Origin: an uncultured Clostridia bacterium
GTDB lineage: Bacteria > Bacillota > Clostridia > Oscillospirales > Ruminococcaceae
Direction of reading: 5' to 3'
NCBI GenBank assembly: GCA_947363605.1
Contig: CANAQK010000003.1
Span: forward strand, 1,415 to 65,414
Length of the DNA: 64,000 nucleotides
Shown here: piece after piece, positions 18,640-28,371 of the stretch
How the letters are laid out: every line of letters starts with the position of its first letter
Position numbering within the stretch: the first letter of the stretch is position 1
The notes under the pieces: model-generated
The model's database searches: none
What the model saw: only the letters and a program-made list of their open reading frames with translations
Told to the model about the DNA's origin: nothing
Program-made: the position numbers and the translations under genes

Positions 18640-21600
18640 TTATGTAACCGCCAGAGCGGTACGTTCCAGCTCTGCTACCTTTAACTGCAAAAGCTTGGAC
18701 ACCCCTTCCTCCTGCATGGTCACGCCATAAAGCATATCTGCCGCTTCCATGCTGCCCCGACGGTGCGTGATTAAAATAAACTGCGTCTGTTCCGCCATTT
18801 TCTGAAGATAGGCGGCGTATTTATCGATATTAACATCGTCCAGTGCCGCTTCGATTTCATCCAGCACGCAGAACGGCGCAGGATGTACCCGCATAATCGC
18901 AAAATAAATGGCAATCGCCACCAACGCCTGCTCACCGCCCGACAGCGCGGCCAGGTTCGTAATAACCTTGCCCGGCGGCTCAACCGAAATATCAATCCCG
19001 CTGTCCAGCATCTCCTCCGGATCAGACAGATGGAGTTCCGCATGGCCTCCCCCAAACAGTTCCCGGAAGGTCTCCTGAAAACAACGGTTAATTTCCCGGA
19101 AATTTTTCCCGAAGATTTCCTGCATCCGGGCAATCAAATCCTGGATCAGGCGGATCAGCTCCGACTTGGAATGTTCGGCATCCCAGATCTGGCTGTTCAA
19201 AAAGTCGTACCTTTCGCGGACTTCACGATACTCCTCGATTGCTTCCAGATTCACACTGCCCAGCGCACGAATCTGGTTTCTCAGGGAAAGCAGTTCTGCA
19301 TTGGCTTTGACGGGATCTTCCAGACGGACTGCCCGCTTTTGCGCTTCGCTCCGGGTCAGCTCATATTCATCCCAAAGCTGCCGGATTTTCTCGTCATACT
19401 CCCGTTCCAGCTGAATCCGGCGTTCCTCCATCCGGGCGATTTCCCCGGTGCAATTCCCCTGTTCAGCAGAAATCCGGCGTTCCTCCTGCCGAAGCCGGGT
19501 CGTTGAAGCTTCTAATTCCTGCCGAAGCGCCGCCTGCTCCTGAATCTTCTGCTCCAGTTCAATGGACGCCGCCTGATTTTCTGTTTTCCGCTGTTCGCTC
19601 CCAATGATTTTTTCACCGATTTCCTGAATCTGCAAACGGCAGGCTTCCTGCTCCTGTAATAACCGGCTGAGATCATCCCCCGCCGATTCCCGCCTGCTTT
19701 TCAATTCCTCCATCCCAGCGCAGAGGGATTCCGCATCCTTCTCCAGCGATACCCGGCGCAGCTTCAGGGCAGTCAATTCCTCGGTTAGGGTTTGCCGGCG
19801 GCTTTCCGAAATCTGGCTGCTGTTTTGAAACGCCGCCTGCTCCGATTCCGCCGCATTCAATTCCTTCTCCAGACGGTCGGACTCTGCCGCTTGTTCCTCA
19901 GCCTGTGCCCGGAGATTTTCTGCTTTCTGATACTTCTCTTCCAATTCCGCTTCCATCCGGCTTTTCAGGGAATCTGCCTGTGCAAATTGCTCCTGCAGGC
20001 GTTTCTGTTCCCCTTCTGCCCGGATGCGGTCCTCATTCAGAGCCGCCAGCTCCGCTTGGGCTTCTTCCAGCAATCCCGAAGCCGCAAGGACTTCTTCTTC
20101 CTGCCTGCGGAGCCGATCTGAAACGGCTGCTTCTTCTTTTTGCAGCCGATCGATCTCTGTTTTCAAATCAGAAATTTCATTTTTCCGGCTCAGGAAGTTC
20201 TGCCCTTTATTCCGGGACCCGCCCGTCATCGAGCCGCCCGTGTTGACCATTTGACCGTCTAAGGTTACCACCCGGAATTTATAGCCATAAGACTTGGCAA
20301 TTTGAACCGCTGCATCCAGATCCTCCGCAAGGACAATTCGCCCCAGCAGGAACTCTACCGCCGGGCGAAGGGCCGGATCGTACCGTGCCCGCTCGACTGC
20401 TAAACCCAGATAGCCCGGGTAATTTTCCAGCCCTTTGGCCTGGAGTGGAGAAGAAGTCATCGCGGATAGAGGCAGGAAAGTCGCCCGACCCAGCTTTTCC
20501 GCCTTAAGCAAACGAATAGCCGCTTGGGCATGGGATTCCTGATCGACGATCAAATGCTGCATCGCGCCGCCCAGGGCCGTTTCGATTGCCACCGAATACG
20601 CTGCATCTGTTTCCAGCAACTGCGAAACCGTCCCGCGGATCCCTTGCAAAACACCATTTTTCGCCCGTTTCAGCACTTCCTTCACCGAATAGGCATAGCC
20701 GTCCAGGGACTGCTCCAGCCCGGTCAGCAAGCGTTCCTTTTGCCGCTGTTCTTTAATACGAAGCGTAATCCGCTCGGACTCCTGGCGGGACGCTTCCAAA
20801 ACCTCCCGCCGCCCCTCCAGTTTTTTCTGATAGCCTGCCCACACATTTCTCAGGCCCTCTTCCCGGCTTTTCAGGGTTTGCAGGAAAGCCGATATCCGGT
20901 CCAGCTGCGTACGGTATTCCTCCTGCTCCTGACGCTGGTTCTGCAATTCTTTCTCATTGGAAAGCAAAACCTCCCGCAGCTCTGCACAGCCGGACTTTGC
21001 AGAAAGCATCTCCATCTTTACCTGGGATTGACGCAAAGCCAGTGTTTGGATCTTTTCCCGCAGCTCCTGTGCCTGCTGATTCTGCATTTCACTTTCAAAT
21101 AGATGCTGCTGCAAGGCCGACTGCTTAGCAGCTTCCTCCTGCCCGGCCTGCTCCAAAAGCGCAGTCAGCCGGGTATATTCCTGCTCACGCAGCGACAATT
21201 CCTGCAAGACGTTTTCCGCTCTGCGGCTGTGAACCGCCAGCTCAGAATCCAGCCGTGCAATACCCTGCTCATGATGGGCAATGTCATTTTTCAATACGGC
21301 AATCTGCGCAGAAATCTCCGCATTGGCGGTTTCCAGCTCCTCCTTGCTGCGGCGGATCCCGTCGATTTTGATCGAACAAGCCTGCATCTCCGCATAGGTT
21401 CGCTGGATCGCTTCCTCAATCTGCGCGATCTGCTCCTCCGACTGCTCATGCCGCCGGCGGAGTACTAAAAGGCGGTCCGAATGATCCTTCAGCGCCCGGT
21501 TGGATTTCTCGATCACCTGAATCCAAAGCGATACCTCCAGCGTCTTTTTCTGCTCGGCCAGTTCCAAAAAACGGCCGGCCTTTTCACTCTGCTCCTTCAA

Positions 21601-22212
21601 CGGGGAAATCCGGCTTTCCAATTCCCCCAGGATATCCCGCAGGCGGACAAGGTTGTCCTCCGCACGGGCGAGGCTCCGCTCCGCTTCTTCCTTACGATAG
21701 CGATATTTGGAAATACCGGCTGCTTCCTCAAAAATTTCCCGGCGGTCACTGTTTTTAGCCTGGATAATCTCGGCAATCTTCCCTTGCCCAACGATAGAAT
21801 ATCCATCTCGGCCCAGTCCGGTATCCATCAGCAGCTCATGCAGATCCTTCAGCCGGACCGGGTTCCGATTGATCCGGTATTCACTTTCTCCGCTGCGGTC
21901 AAACCGGCGGGAGATCGTCACCTCATCCGCATCAATCTCTAACCGGCGGTCCTGATTATCGATCGTCAGGGATACTTCGGCAAACCCCTGCGGGCGCCGG
22001 CTCTGCGTGCCGGAAAAAATGACATCTTCCATTTTCCCGCCTCGCAGCGTCTTGGTGGACTGCTCGCCCAGTACCCAACGGACTGCATCGGAAATATTGC
22101 TTTTCCCGCTCCCGTTGGGGCCAACCACCCCCGTCAGGCCCTTGCCGAACGTAACCCTGGTTTTGTCTGGGAAGGACTTGAACCCCTGTAAATCCAAGTA
22201 TTTTAAAAGCAA
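18640..22212 (-). CDS. smc: Chromosome segregation protein SMC
   Basis: It is 1190 aa. It has an N-terminal Walker A (GPNGSGKSN), long coiled coils, a hinge, and a C-terminal LSGGE plus Walker B (FCVLDEIEAALD). Confidence 0.97.
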   Translation of the reverse strand: MLLKYLDLQGFKSFPDKTRVTFGKGLTGVVGPNGSGKSNISDAVRWVLGEQSTKTLRGGKMEDVIFSGTQSRRPQGFAEVSLTIDNQDRRLEIDADEVTISRRFDRSGESEYRINRNPVRLKDLHELLMDTGLGRDGYSIVGQGKIAEIIQAKNSDRREIFEEAAGISKYRYRKEEAERSLARAEDNLVRLRDILGELESRISPLKEQSEKAGRFLELAEQKKTLEVSLWIQVIEKSNRALKDHSDRLLVLRRRHEQSEEQIAQIEEAIQRTYAEMQACSIKIDGIRRSKEELETANAEISAQIAVLKNDIAHHEQGIARLDSELAVHSRRAENVLQELSLREQEYTRLTALLEQAGQEEAAKQSALQQHLFESEMQNQQAQELREKIQTLALRQSQVKMEMLSAKSGCAELREVLLSNEKELQNQRQEQEEYRTQLDRISAFLQTLKSREEGLRNVWAGYQKKLEGRREVLEASRQESERITLRIKEQRQKERLLTGLEQSLDGYAYSVKEVLKRAKNGVLQGIRGTVSQLLETDAAYSVAIETALGGAMQHLIVDQESHAQAAIRLLKAEKLGRATFLPLSAMTSSPLQAKGLENYPGYLGLAVERARYDPALRPAVEFLLGRIVLAEDLDAAVQIAKSYGYKFRVVTLDGQMVNTGGSMTGGSRNKGQNFLSRKNEISDLKTEIDRLQKEEAAVSDRLRRQEEEVLAASGLLEEAQAELAALNEDRIRAEGEQKRLQEQFAQADSLKSRMEAELEEKYQKAENLRAQAEEQAAESDRLEKELNAAESEQAAFQNSSQISESRRQTLTEELTALKLRRVSLEKDAESLCAGMEELKSRRESAGDDLSRLLQEQEACRLQIQEIGEKIIGSEQRKTENQAASIELEQKIQEQAALRQELEASTTRLRQEERRISAEQGNCTGEIARMEERRIQLEREYDEKIRQLWDEYELTRSEAQKRAVRLEDPVKANAELLSLRNQIRALGSVNLEAIEEYREVRERYDFLNSQIWDAEHSKSELIRLIQDLIARMQEIFGKNFREINRCFQETFRELFGGGHAELHLSDPEEMLDSGIDISVEPPGKVITNLAALSGGEQALVAIAIYFAIMRVHPAPFCVLDEIEAALDDVNIDKYAAYLQKMAEQTQFILITHRRGSMEAADMLYGVTMQEEGVSKLLQLKVAELERTALAVT

Positions 22213-23225
22213 TGCTGTCCCTCCTCTTCTTCTACCAAAATAATTTCATACTCTGCCAAACCAGCCCTGCCCCGGATTCGGAGCTTCCGCCCGGTTTCCT
22301 TTTCCAGCAGGAGAATATTTTCCCGTTTCTGCCCTGCCATTTTGGACACCGCACGAGGAGAAACACCTATCGTTACCGGATCCGCTCCGGGGATACAGCT
22401 CAGCAATTCCATTGCACGCTCCCGGTAGATCCGCTGCTCACACAATTCCCGAAACGCCGGATGATAGGCCCCGGCCAACCGGTTGGCTTCCACCTCGGCC
22501 GACGCGTGCAATCCGGCTTTAATAACCCGGATCCCCTTCAAATGAAAGTACCAGAGCAGTTCCGCACAAAGATCTACGCTTTCCGCCAGTTCCATCGGGC
22601 GATAGATCCCTGCTTCCCACAGCCTGCCCAGCTCGGTTCCTTTCAGGACAGCCACCGGATAAATACGCATCGTATCCGGCCGGCATTCCGCTAATTCACG
22701 TGCGGTAAAAAGCGCCCCTTCCCGGTCATCCTGATACAGCCCTGTCATCATTTGAAGCCCTAGGGAAAAGCCCTGCTCCCGGATCAATGCCGAAGCCGTA
22801 CGCACCTGCTCCGCCGTATGCCCCCGTCCGTTGGCAGATAAAACCTCGTCGCGCATACTCTGCGCCCCGAGCTCAATGGCCGTTACCCCTGCCTCCTTCA
22901 GCTCAGACAGGACTTCCCTGTCAATCGCATCCGGCCGGGTCGAGATCCGGATTCCGGAAAAACCATCCTCCCCTAGGAAAGGCTCTGCCGCTTTCAGCAA
23001 CGTCCGCCGATAAGAAGCTGGAACCGCTGTAAAGCTTCCGCCGAAAAAAGCAATTTCCGTGTTGGCTGGATCGGCAATCTCCACTTTCGCCTGCCGCAGA
23101 ATTCCGGAAACCTCCTCGGGAGAGGGTGAGGATGCCTGCCCGGAGATCGTACGCTGATTGCAGAAGCTGCATTGGTGAGGGCATCCGCTGTGCGGGATAA
23201 AAATGGCGATATTGCTATGCTTCAT
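22203..23225 (-). CDS. ELP3-like radical SAM protein
   Basis: It has an N-terminal CxxxCxxC motif (IFIPHSGCPHQCSFCNQ). It overlaps the rnc stop and the smc start. Confidence 0.8.
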   Translation of the reverse strand: MKHSNIAIFIPHSGCPHQCSFCNQRTISGQASSPSPEEVSGILRQAKVEIADPANTEIAFFGGSFTAVPASYRRTLLKAAEPFLGEDGFSGIRISTRPDAIDREVLSELKEAGVTAIELGAQSMRDEVLSANGRGHTAEQVRTASALIREQGFSLGLQMMTGLYQDDREGALFTARELAECRPDTMRIYPVAVLKGTELGRLWEAGIYRPMELAESVDLCAELLWYFHLKGIRVIKAGLHASAEVEANRLAGAYHPAFRELCEQRIYRERAMELLSCIPGADPVTIGVSPRAVSKMAGQKRENILLLEKETGRKLRIRGRAGLAEYEIILVEEEEGQHCF

Positions 23226-23895
23226 AGCCCATCAATTGGAGTGCTTCTTTTGCAGCAAGCTGCTCCGCCTGTTTTTTGCTCTTGCCCCGTCCGGTTCCAA
23301 TAACGTTGGAATTCAGGTGTACTTCAATGGTAAAGGCCTTGTCATGATCCGGCCCAACCTCGCTGACCAGGACATATTCAATCTTTTCCTCCCGGTTTTT
23401 CTGGATAATCTCCTGCAAAGCCGTTTTATAATCGCTTAACGCGTTCACCCGTTTGACGTCCATATGCTCCGGGATAAAACGCAGGACAAATTTTTTGGCT
23501 TCTTCCAAGCCTCCGTCCAGGTAAATGCTGGCAATGACGGCTTCAAACGCGTCGGACACAATAGAGGGGCGCTCCCTTCCCCCAGTATGCTCCTCCCCTT
23601 TTCCCAAGTGGAGATAATCCCCCAGCTGGATCTTCTGGGCAAACTGGAACAAGCTTTGTTCGCAGACCAGGGATGCCCGCAGCTTGGTCAACTCCCCTTC
23701 CGGCTGATGGCGGTAATGGGTAAACAGGTGCTCGGCTACAATCAGTGAAAGGATGGAGTCACCTAAAAATTCCAGCCGTTCGTTATCATGTATCCCGCGT
23801 TTTCCTTCGTTCGAATAGGAGGAATGGGTCAGTGCTTCGTTCATCAGCGCCTTGTTTTGATAGGTATAGCCTATTGCTTTTTCAAATGCTTCCAT
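23215..23895 (-). CDS. rnc: Ribonuclease III
   Basis: It has the RNase III signature ERLEFLGDSIL and a C-terminal dsRBD (GKSKKQAEQLAAKEAL). The start at 23895 lies just after the plsX stop. Confidence 0.93.
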   Translation of the reverse strand: MEAFEKAIGYTYQNKALMNEALTHSSYSNEGKRGIHDNERLEFLGDSILSLIVAEHLFTHYRHQPEGELTKLRASLVCEQSLFQFAQKIQLGDYLHLGKGEEHTGGRERPSIVSDAFEAVIASIYLDGGLEEAKKFVLRFIPEHMDVKRVNALSDYKTALQEIIQKNREEKIEYVLVSEVGPDHDKAFTIEVHLNSNVIGTGRGKSKKQAEQLAAKEALQLMGYEA

Positions 23896-23902
23896 TGGTC
23901 GA

Positions 23903-24928
23903 TCAGATTTTCCTTTCTCCCTTGTTCGATTCTTCCTTGGTTTTTTCCAGCGCAGCGGAAATTTCGCCAATGACGTTCTGATTGACAAAATCACGAGCCT
24001 GTCGGATGGCGTTCTTGAAGGCCTTGGCATTGGAAGAACCATGTGCCTTGATTACCGGCCTGGATGTTCCCATCAAAGGGGCGCCGCCATACTCCGTATA
24101 ATCCATCTGCGACTTGAAGGACTTCATCTTGGGAAGGACCAGCAGCGCAGCAAGCTTCCCCCGCAGCCCGCTGGTAAAAATGCCCTTCAGCTTATTCATC
24201 AGCATTTTTCCCAGGCCCTCTGTCAATTTAAGGATAACATTGCCTGTAAAGCCGTCCGCTATTACAACATCCGCATCCCCCCGAGGGATATACCGCGGCT
24301 CAATATTGCCTGTAAAGTTCACTGCGCTGCATTCGGAAAGCAACCGGTATGCTGCAATTTGGAGATCCCCGCCTTTAGTTTCCTCAGCACCGATGTTGAC
24401 CAAGCCTACCCGCGGATAGGGCACCTTCATGATCTTTTCCATATAAATCGAACCCATGATCCCAAACTGGACCAGCATTTCCGGACGGCATTCCAAATTC
24501 GCCCCTACATCCAGCAGGATATAGGCCCCTTTTTCGCTTGGGATGATCGGTGCCAGTGCCGGACGTTTGACCCCTTTGATCCGCTTGACGATCAACGAGC
24601 CGCCTACGACAATCGCACCGGTGGAACCGGCACAGACAACGGCATCGCCCTCCCCGGCAGCCAAAAGCTGGAACGCCTTCGCCATAGAAGAATCTGCGTA
24701 TTCTTTCAGCAGGCTGGTCGGCTCTGCTTCCACCGGGATCACTGAAGGCGCGTGCTCCAACTGCATCCGGCTGAGATCTATCCCATTTTCATCCGCCACC
24801 TGACGAAGCTTGGCTATATCCCCGGTTACCGTAATCTCGACGCCGTATTCCTCCATAGCCATGACGCAGCCCTGAAGTACCGCCAAAGGCGCGTGATCCC
24901 CTCCAAAGCCGTCTACGATAATCCTCAC
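23903..24928 (-). CDS. plsX: Phosphate acyltransferase PlsX
   Basis: MRIIVDGFGGDHAP...VVCAGSTGA...GAPLMG is typical of PlsX. Confidence 0.95.
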   Translation of the reverse strand: MRIIVDGFGGDHAPLAVLQGCVMAMEEYGVEITVTGDIAKLRQVADENGIDLSRMQLEHAPSVIPVEAEPTSLLKEYADSSMAKAFQLLAAGEGDAVVCAGSTGAIVVGGSLIVKRIKGVKRPALAPIIPSEKGAYILLDVGANLECRPEMLVQFGIMGSIYMEKIMKVPYPRVGLVNIGAEETKGGDLQIAAYRLLSECSAVNFTGNIEPRYIPRGDADVVIADGFTGNVILKLTEGLGKMLMNKLKGIFTSGLRGKLAALLVLPKMKSFKSQMDYTEYGGAPLMGTSRPVIKAHGSSNAKAFKNAIRQARDFVNQNVIGEISAALEKTKEESNKGERKI

Positions 24929-26244
24929 TTGACATCCTCCTCACTTTCCAGCAATTCCCGCAGCGCTGTATAGCCACGGGCTGAAATCTGTCTATAGCGT
25001 TCCTTTTTATCCCGCACCGGTTCATCCAGCGGAGGAAGGATCCCCATATTTGCGCCCATTGGCTGGAAATCCGTAACCGTCGGATCACTGATATAAGCGG
25101 CCAGCGCACCTAGCATCGTGGTGCGGGGAAGCGTAATTTCCGGCCGGCCGGTCAGCCGTCTAGCCAGATGGTTCCCGGCAAAGATCCCGGATGCGGCCGA
25201 TTCCGTATACCCCTCTACTCCGGTAATCTGTCCGGCAAAATGGATCCTGGGTTCCGCACGAAGACAGAAATGGGCATCCAACAGCCGGGGGCTGTCCAAA
25301 AAAGTATTGCGGTGCATGACCCCATAGCGCAGGAACTCGGCCGATTCCAGCCCGGGGATCAGCGAAAATACCCGCTTCTGCTCCCCGAATTTCAGGTTGG
25401 TCTGAAAACCAACCAGGTTATACAGGCTGCCCTCCGCATTCTCCCGCCGAAGCTGGACGCAGGCCCAGGGACGATGCCCAGTACGAGGATCCCGCAGGCC
25501 GACCGGTTTCAGCGGGCCGAAACGGATGGTGTCCGGCCCCCGTTTAGCCATTACCTCAATCGGCATACAGCCTTCATACACCTTAAAATCCCGGTGGTCG
25601 AAGTCTTTCAGCGGGACAGATTCCGCCTCTACCAGCGCCTGGTAAAACTGTTCATACTCCTCCCGATTCATTGGGCAGTTCAGGTAATCCCCTTCCTCCC
25701 CCTCTCCATAGCGGGAAGCAGAAAAAACGATCTCCCGGTTGACGCTTTCCGCAGATACAATGGGAGCCGCCGCATCGAAAAAGCTCAAGCCCTCCGACTT
25801 CACCAGCCGCTGGATTGCCTGAGCCAGCGGTTCAGAGGTCAGCGGCCCGGAAGCAATAATGACCTCCCCCTCCGGGACCTGATCCAGCTCCTGCTCGATC
25901 ACCCGAATCAGGGGGTTCTCCCGGATTCGATGGGTGATGTAATCCGAAAATTTTTTCCGATCTACCGCCAGTGCTCCCCCGGCGGCCACGCTGCATTGTT
26001 CGGCGCTCTCCATCACCAGGGAGCCGAACAGCCGCATTTCCTGCTTTAACATTCCTGCCGCACTGTCGGGGCGGGATGCTTTCAGCGAATTGGAACAGAC
26101 CAGCTCCGCAAATCCAGGGTAATGATGGGCCGGCGTGTATTTCTGCGGCTTCATCTCAACCAAATCGACTGAAATGCCAAACTTGGCCAACTGATGCGCC
26201 GCCTCACATCCTGCCAACCCGGCGCCGATCACGCTTACTCTCAT
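24925..26244 (-). CDS. trmFO: Methylenetetrahydrofolate--tRNA-(uracil-5-)-methyltransferase TrmFO
   Basis: It has the FAD motif VIGAGLAGCEAA and FAGQITGVEGYTESAASG. The topA-trmFO synteny is conserved. Confidence 0.95.
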   Translation of the reverse strand: MRVSVIGAGLAGCEAAHQLAKFGISVDLVEMKPQKYTPAHHYPGFAELVCSNSLKASRPDSAAGMLKQEMRLFGSLVMESAEQCSVAAGGALAVDRKKFSDYITHRIRENPLIRVIEQELDQVPEGEVIIASGPLTSEPLAQAIQRLVKSEGLSFFDAAAPIVSAESVNREIVFSASRYGEGEEGDYLNCPMNREEYEQFYQALVEAESVPLKDFDHRDFKVYEGCMPIEVMAKRGPDTIRFGPLKPVGLRDPRTGHRPWACVQLRRENAEGSLYNLVGFQTNLKFGEQKRVFSLIPGLESAEFLRYGVMHRNTFLDSPRLLDAHFCLRAEPRIHFAGQITGVEGYTESAASGIFAGNHLARRLTGRPEITLPRTTMLGALAAYISDPTVTDFQPMGANMGILPPLDEPVRDKKERYRQISARGYTALRELLESEEDVK

Positions 26245-28328
26245 TCCTTGTCGATCCCTCTTTCATAGCTGCAAGACTCGTTTGAACAATAAATTTTAGC
26301 GGAACGCCCGGTCTTTTTCAGCAGGCTTTTCCCGCATTGAGGGCATTTTTCCTCCATCGGTTCATCCCACGAAAGGAAGGAACATTCCGGATTATGCTCA
26401 CAGCCGTAAAATTTTTTCCCCTTCTTGGATTTTTTCTCCAGGATCTTTCCGCCGCATAACGGGCAGACCCCCGGCGTAGCCGTGACAATCTTCTTCGTGT
26501 TTTTGCATTCCGGATATCCCGGGCAGGCCAGGAACCGACCAAACCGGCCGTTTTTGATGACCATGTTCCGTCCGCAAAGCTCGCAGACTTCATCGGTTAC
26601 TTCATCCGGCACTTTATAGGTAACCCCCTCGGTGTCCACTTCCGCTTTTTCCAGCGTTTTCGCGAAATCATCATAAAATCCGTGCAGGACGTCTTCCCAT
26701 GGGACCTGGCCATCCTCGATGATATCCAGTTCCTTTTCCATATTGGCTGTAAAATCCGCATCCACGATTTTATCAAAATGCTCTTTCATCAGCCTGGTTG
26801 TAATTTCGCCCAGCTCGGTTGGTTTCAGCTGGCGGCCCTCCCGTTCCACATAATTCCGACCCAAGATAGTCGTAATGGTCGGCGCATAGGTGGAAGGGCG
26901 GCCAATCCCGTTTTCCTCCAGCACCTTAATCAGCGATGCTTCCGTATAGCGGGGCGGCGGCTGAGTGAAATGCTGGTTGGGAAGCAGCTTCTTCAGCTTG
27001 AGGAGATCCTTTTCTTTCAATTCTGGAAGAACCCCCTCTTTCTGTTCTTCTTCATCCTTGCCTTCTACATAAAGAACGGTGAAACCATCAAATTTTACTG
27101 TAAAGCCAGATGCCTTGAAGGTATAACCCTCCGCATCGATCTGCGCGGCAACAGTATCCAGCAGGCAGCTTGCCATCTGACTGGCAATAAACCGTTCCCA
27201 GATCAGCTTATATAATTTGTACTGATCTCCGGTCAGACTGGCCTTGACCTGTTCCGGGGTTAAGCCGGGCATAGACGGCCGGATGGCTTCGTGAGCGTCT
27301 TGAGCATTGTTTTTAGCTTTATAGACACGAGGAGTGGAGGGGATATAGGCTTTCCCATAACGCTCCTCAATATAGGCCTTCGCGGCGGCCTTTGCCTCAT
27401 CTGAAATCCGCAGCGAGTCGGTACGCATATAGGTAATCAAACCGACCGCGCCGATCCCTTCTACATCAACGCCCTCATACAATTCCTGTGCCGCCTTCAT
27501 GGTGCGGCGGGTCTGGAAGCCCAGCTTCCGGGAGGCTTCCTGCTGCATAGTCGAGGTGATAAAAGGAGGGGCTGGCGTTTTTTTCCGGACACCCTTTTTC
27601 ACCGACTCTACCACAAAAGCAGCATCCTGCACCGCAGCCACAATCTCAGCCGCCTCTTCCTGATTATGCAGCTTGACCTTCTTGCCCTCTTTTCCGTAGA
27701 ATTGGGCCACAAACGGTTTGGAAACAGAATCGGCAAGCAGGCTGGCTTCTACCGACCAGTATTCCTCTGGTACAAACCGACGGATTTCATTCTCTCGGTC
27801 TACAATCATCCGGACCGTTACCGACTGTACACGGCCGGCGGAAAGCCCGCTTTTGACCTTCTTCCAAAGGAAGGGGCTGAGCTTGTAGCCGACAATCCGG
27901 TCCAGAATTCGGCGGGCCTGCTGGGAATTAACCAGGTCCAGATCCACCTTGCGAGGCTCCGCCATGCCAGCTTTGACCCCAGTTTTAGTAATTTCATTAA
28001 AAGTAACCCGGTTTTTTTCTTCCAGATCCACCTTCAGCAAATGAGCCAAATGCCAGGAAATCGCTTCTCCCTCACGGTCCGGGTCGGTCGCAAGATAGAT
28101 TTTACTTTTGCCTTTTGCGGCCGCTTTCAGTTTTTTAATGGTTTCCGACTGCTTGCGGATATTGATATACTTCGGCTCAAAATTATTCTCCACATCCACG
28201 CCCAGCCGGGATTTCGGCAGATCACGCACATGTCCCATTGAAGCGATGACATCGTACCCCCGGCCGAGATATTTTTTTATCGTCTTCGCCTTGGCCGGCG
28301 ATTCTACAATGACCAGATTTTTTGCCAT
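26241..28328 (-). CDS. topA: DNA topoisomerase I
   Basis: It has a TOPRIM domain (LVIVESPAKAKTI), the active-site region GLITYMRTDS, and C-terminal Cys4 zinc ribbons. Confidence 0.97.
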   Translation of the reverse strand: MAKNLVIVESPAKAKTIKKYLGRGYDVIASMGHVRDLPKSRLGVDVENNFEPKYINIRKQSETIKKLKAAAKGKSKIYLATDPDREGEAISWHLAHLLKVDLEEKNRVTFNEITKTGVKAGMAEPRKVDLDLVNSQQARRILDRIVGYKLSPFLWKKVKSGLSAGRVQSVTVRMIVDRENEIRRFVPEEYWSVEASLLADSVSKPFVAQFYGKEGKKVKLHNQEEAAEIVAAVQDAAFVVESVKKGVRKKTPAPPFITSTMQQEASRKLGFQTRRTMKAAQELYEGVDVEGIGAVGLITYMRTDSLRISDEAKAAAKAYIEERYGKAYIPSTPRVYKAKNNAQDAHEAIRPSMPGLTPEQVKASLTGDQYKLYKLIWERFIASQMASCLLDTVAAQIDAEGYTFKASGFTVKFDGFTVLYVEGKDEEEQKEGVLPELKEKDLLKLKKLLPNQHFTQPPPRYTEASLIKVLEENGIGRPSTYAPTITTILGRNYVEREGRQLKPTELGEITTRLMKEHFDKIVDADFTANMEKELDIIEDGQVPWEDVLHGFYDDFAKTLEKAEVDTEGVTYKVPDEVTDEVCELCGRNMVIKNGRFGRFLACPGYPECKNTKKIVTATPGVCPLCGGKILEKKSKKGKKFYGCEHNPECSFLSWDEPMEEKCPQCGKSLLKKTGRSAKIYCSNESCSYERGIDKE

Positions 28329-28371
28329 TTATCTCATCCTGTTCCTGCCAATACAGCAGGAATTTCCTTTC

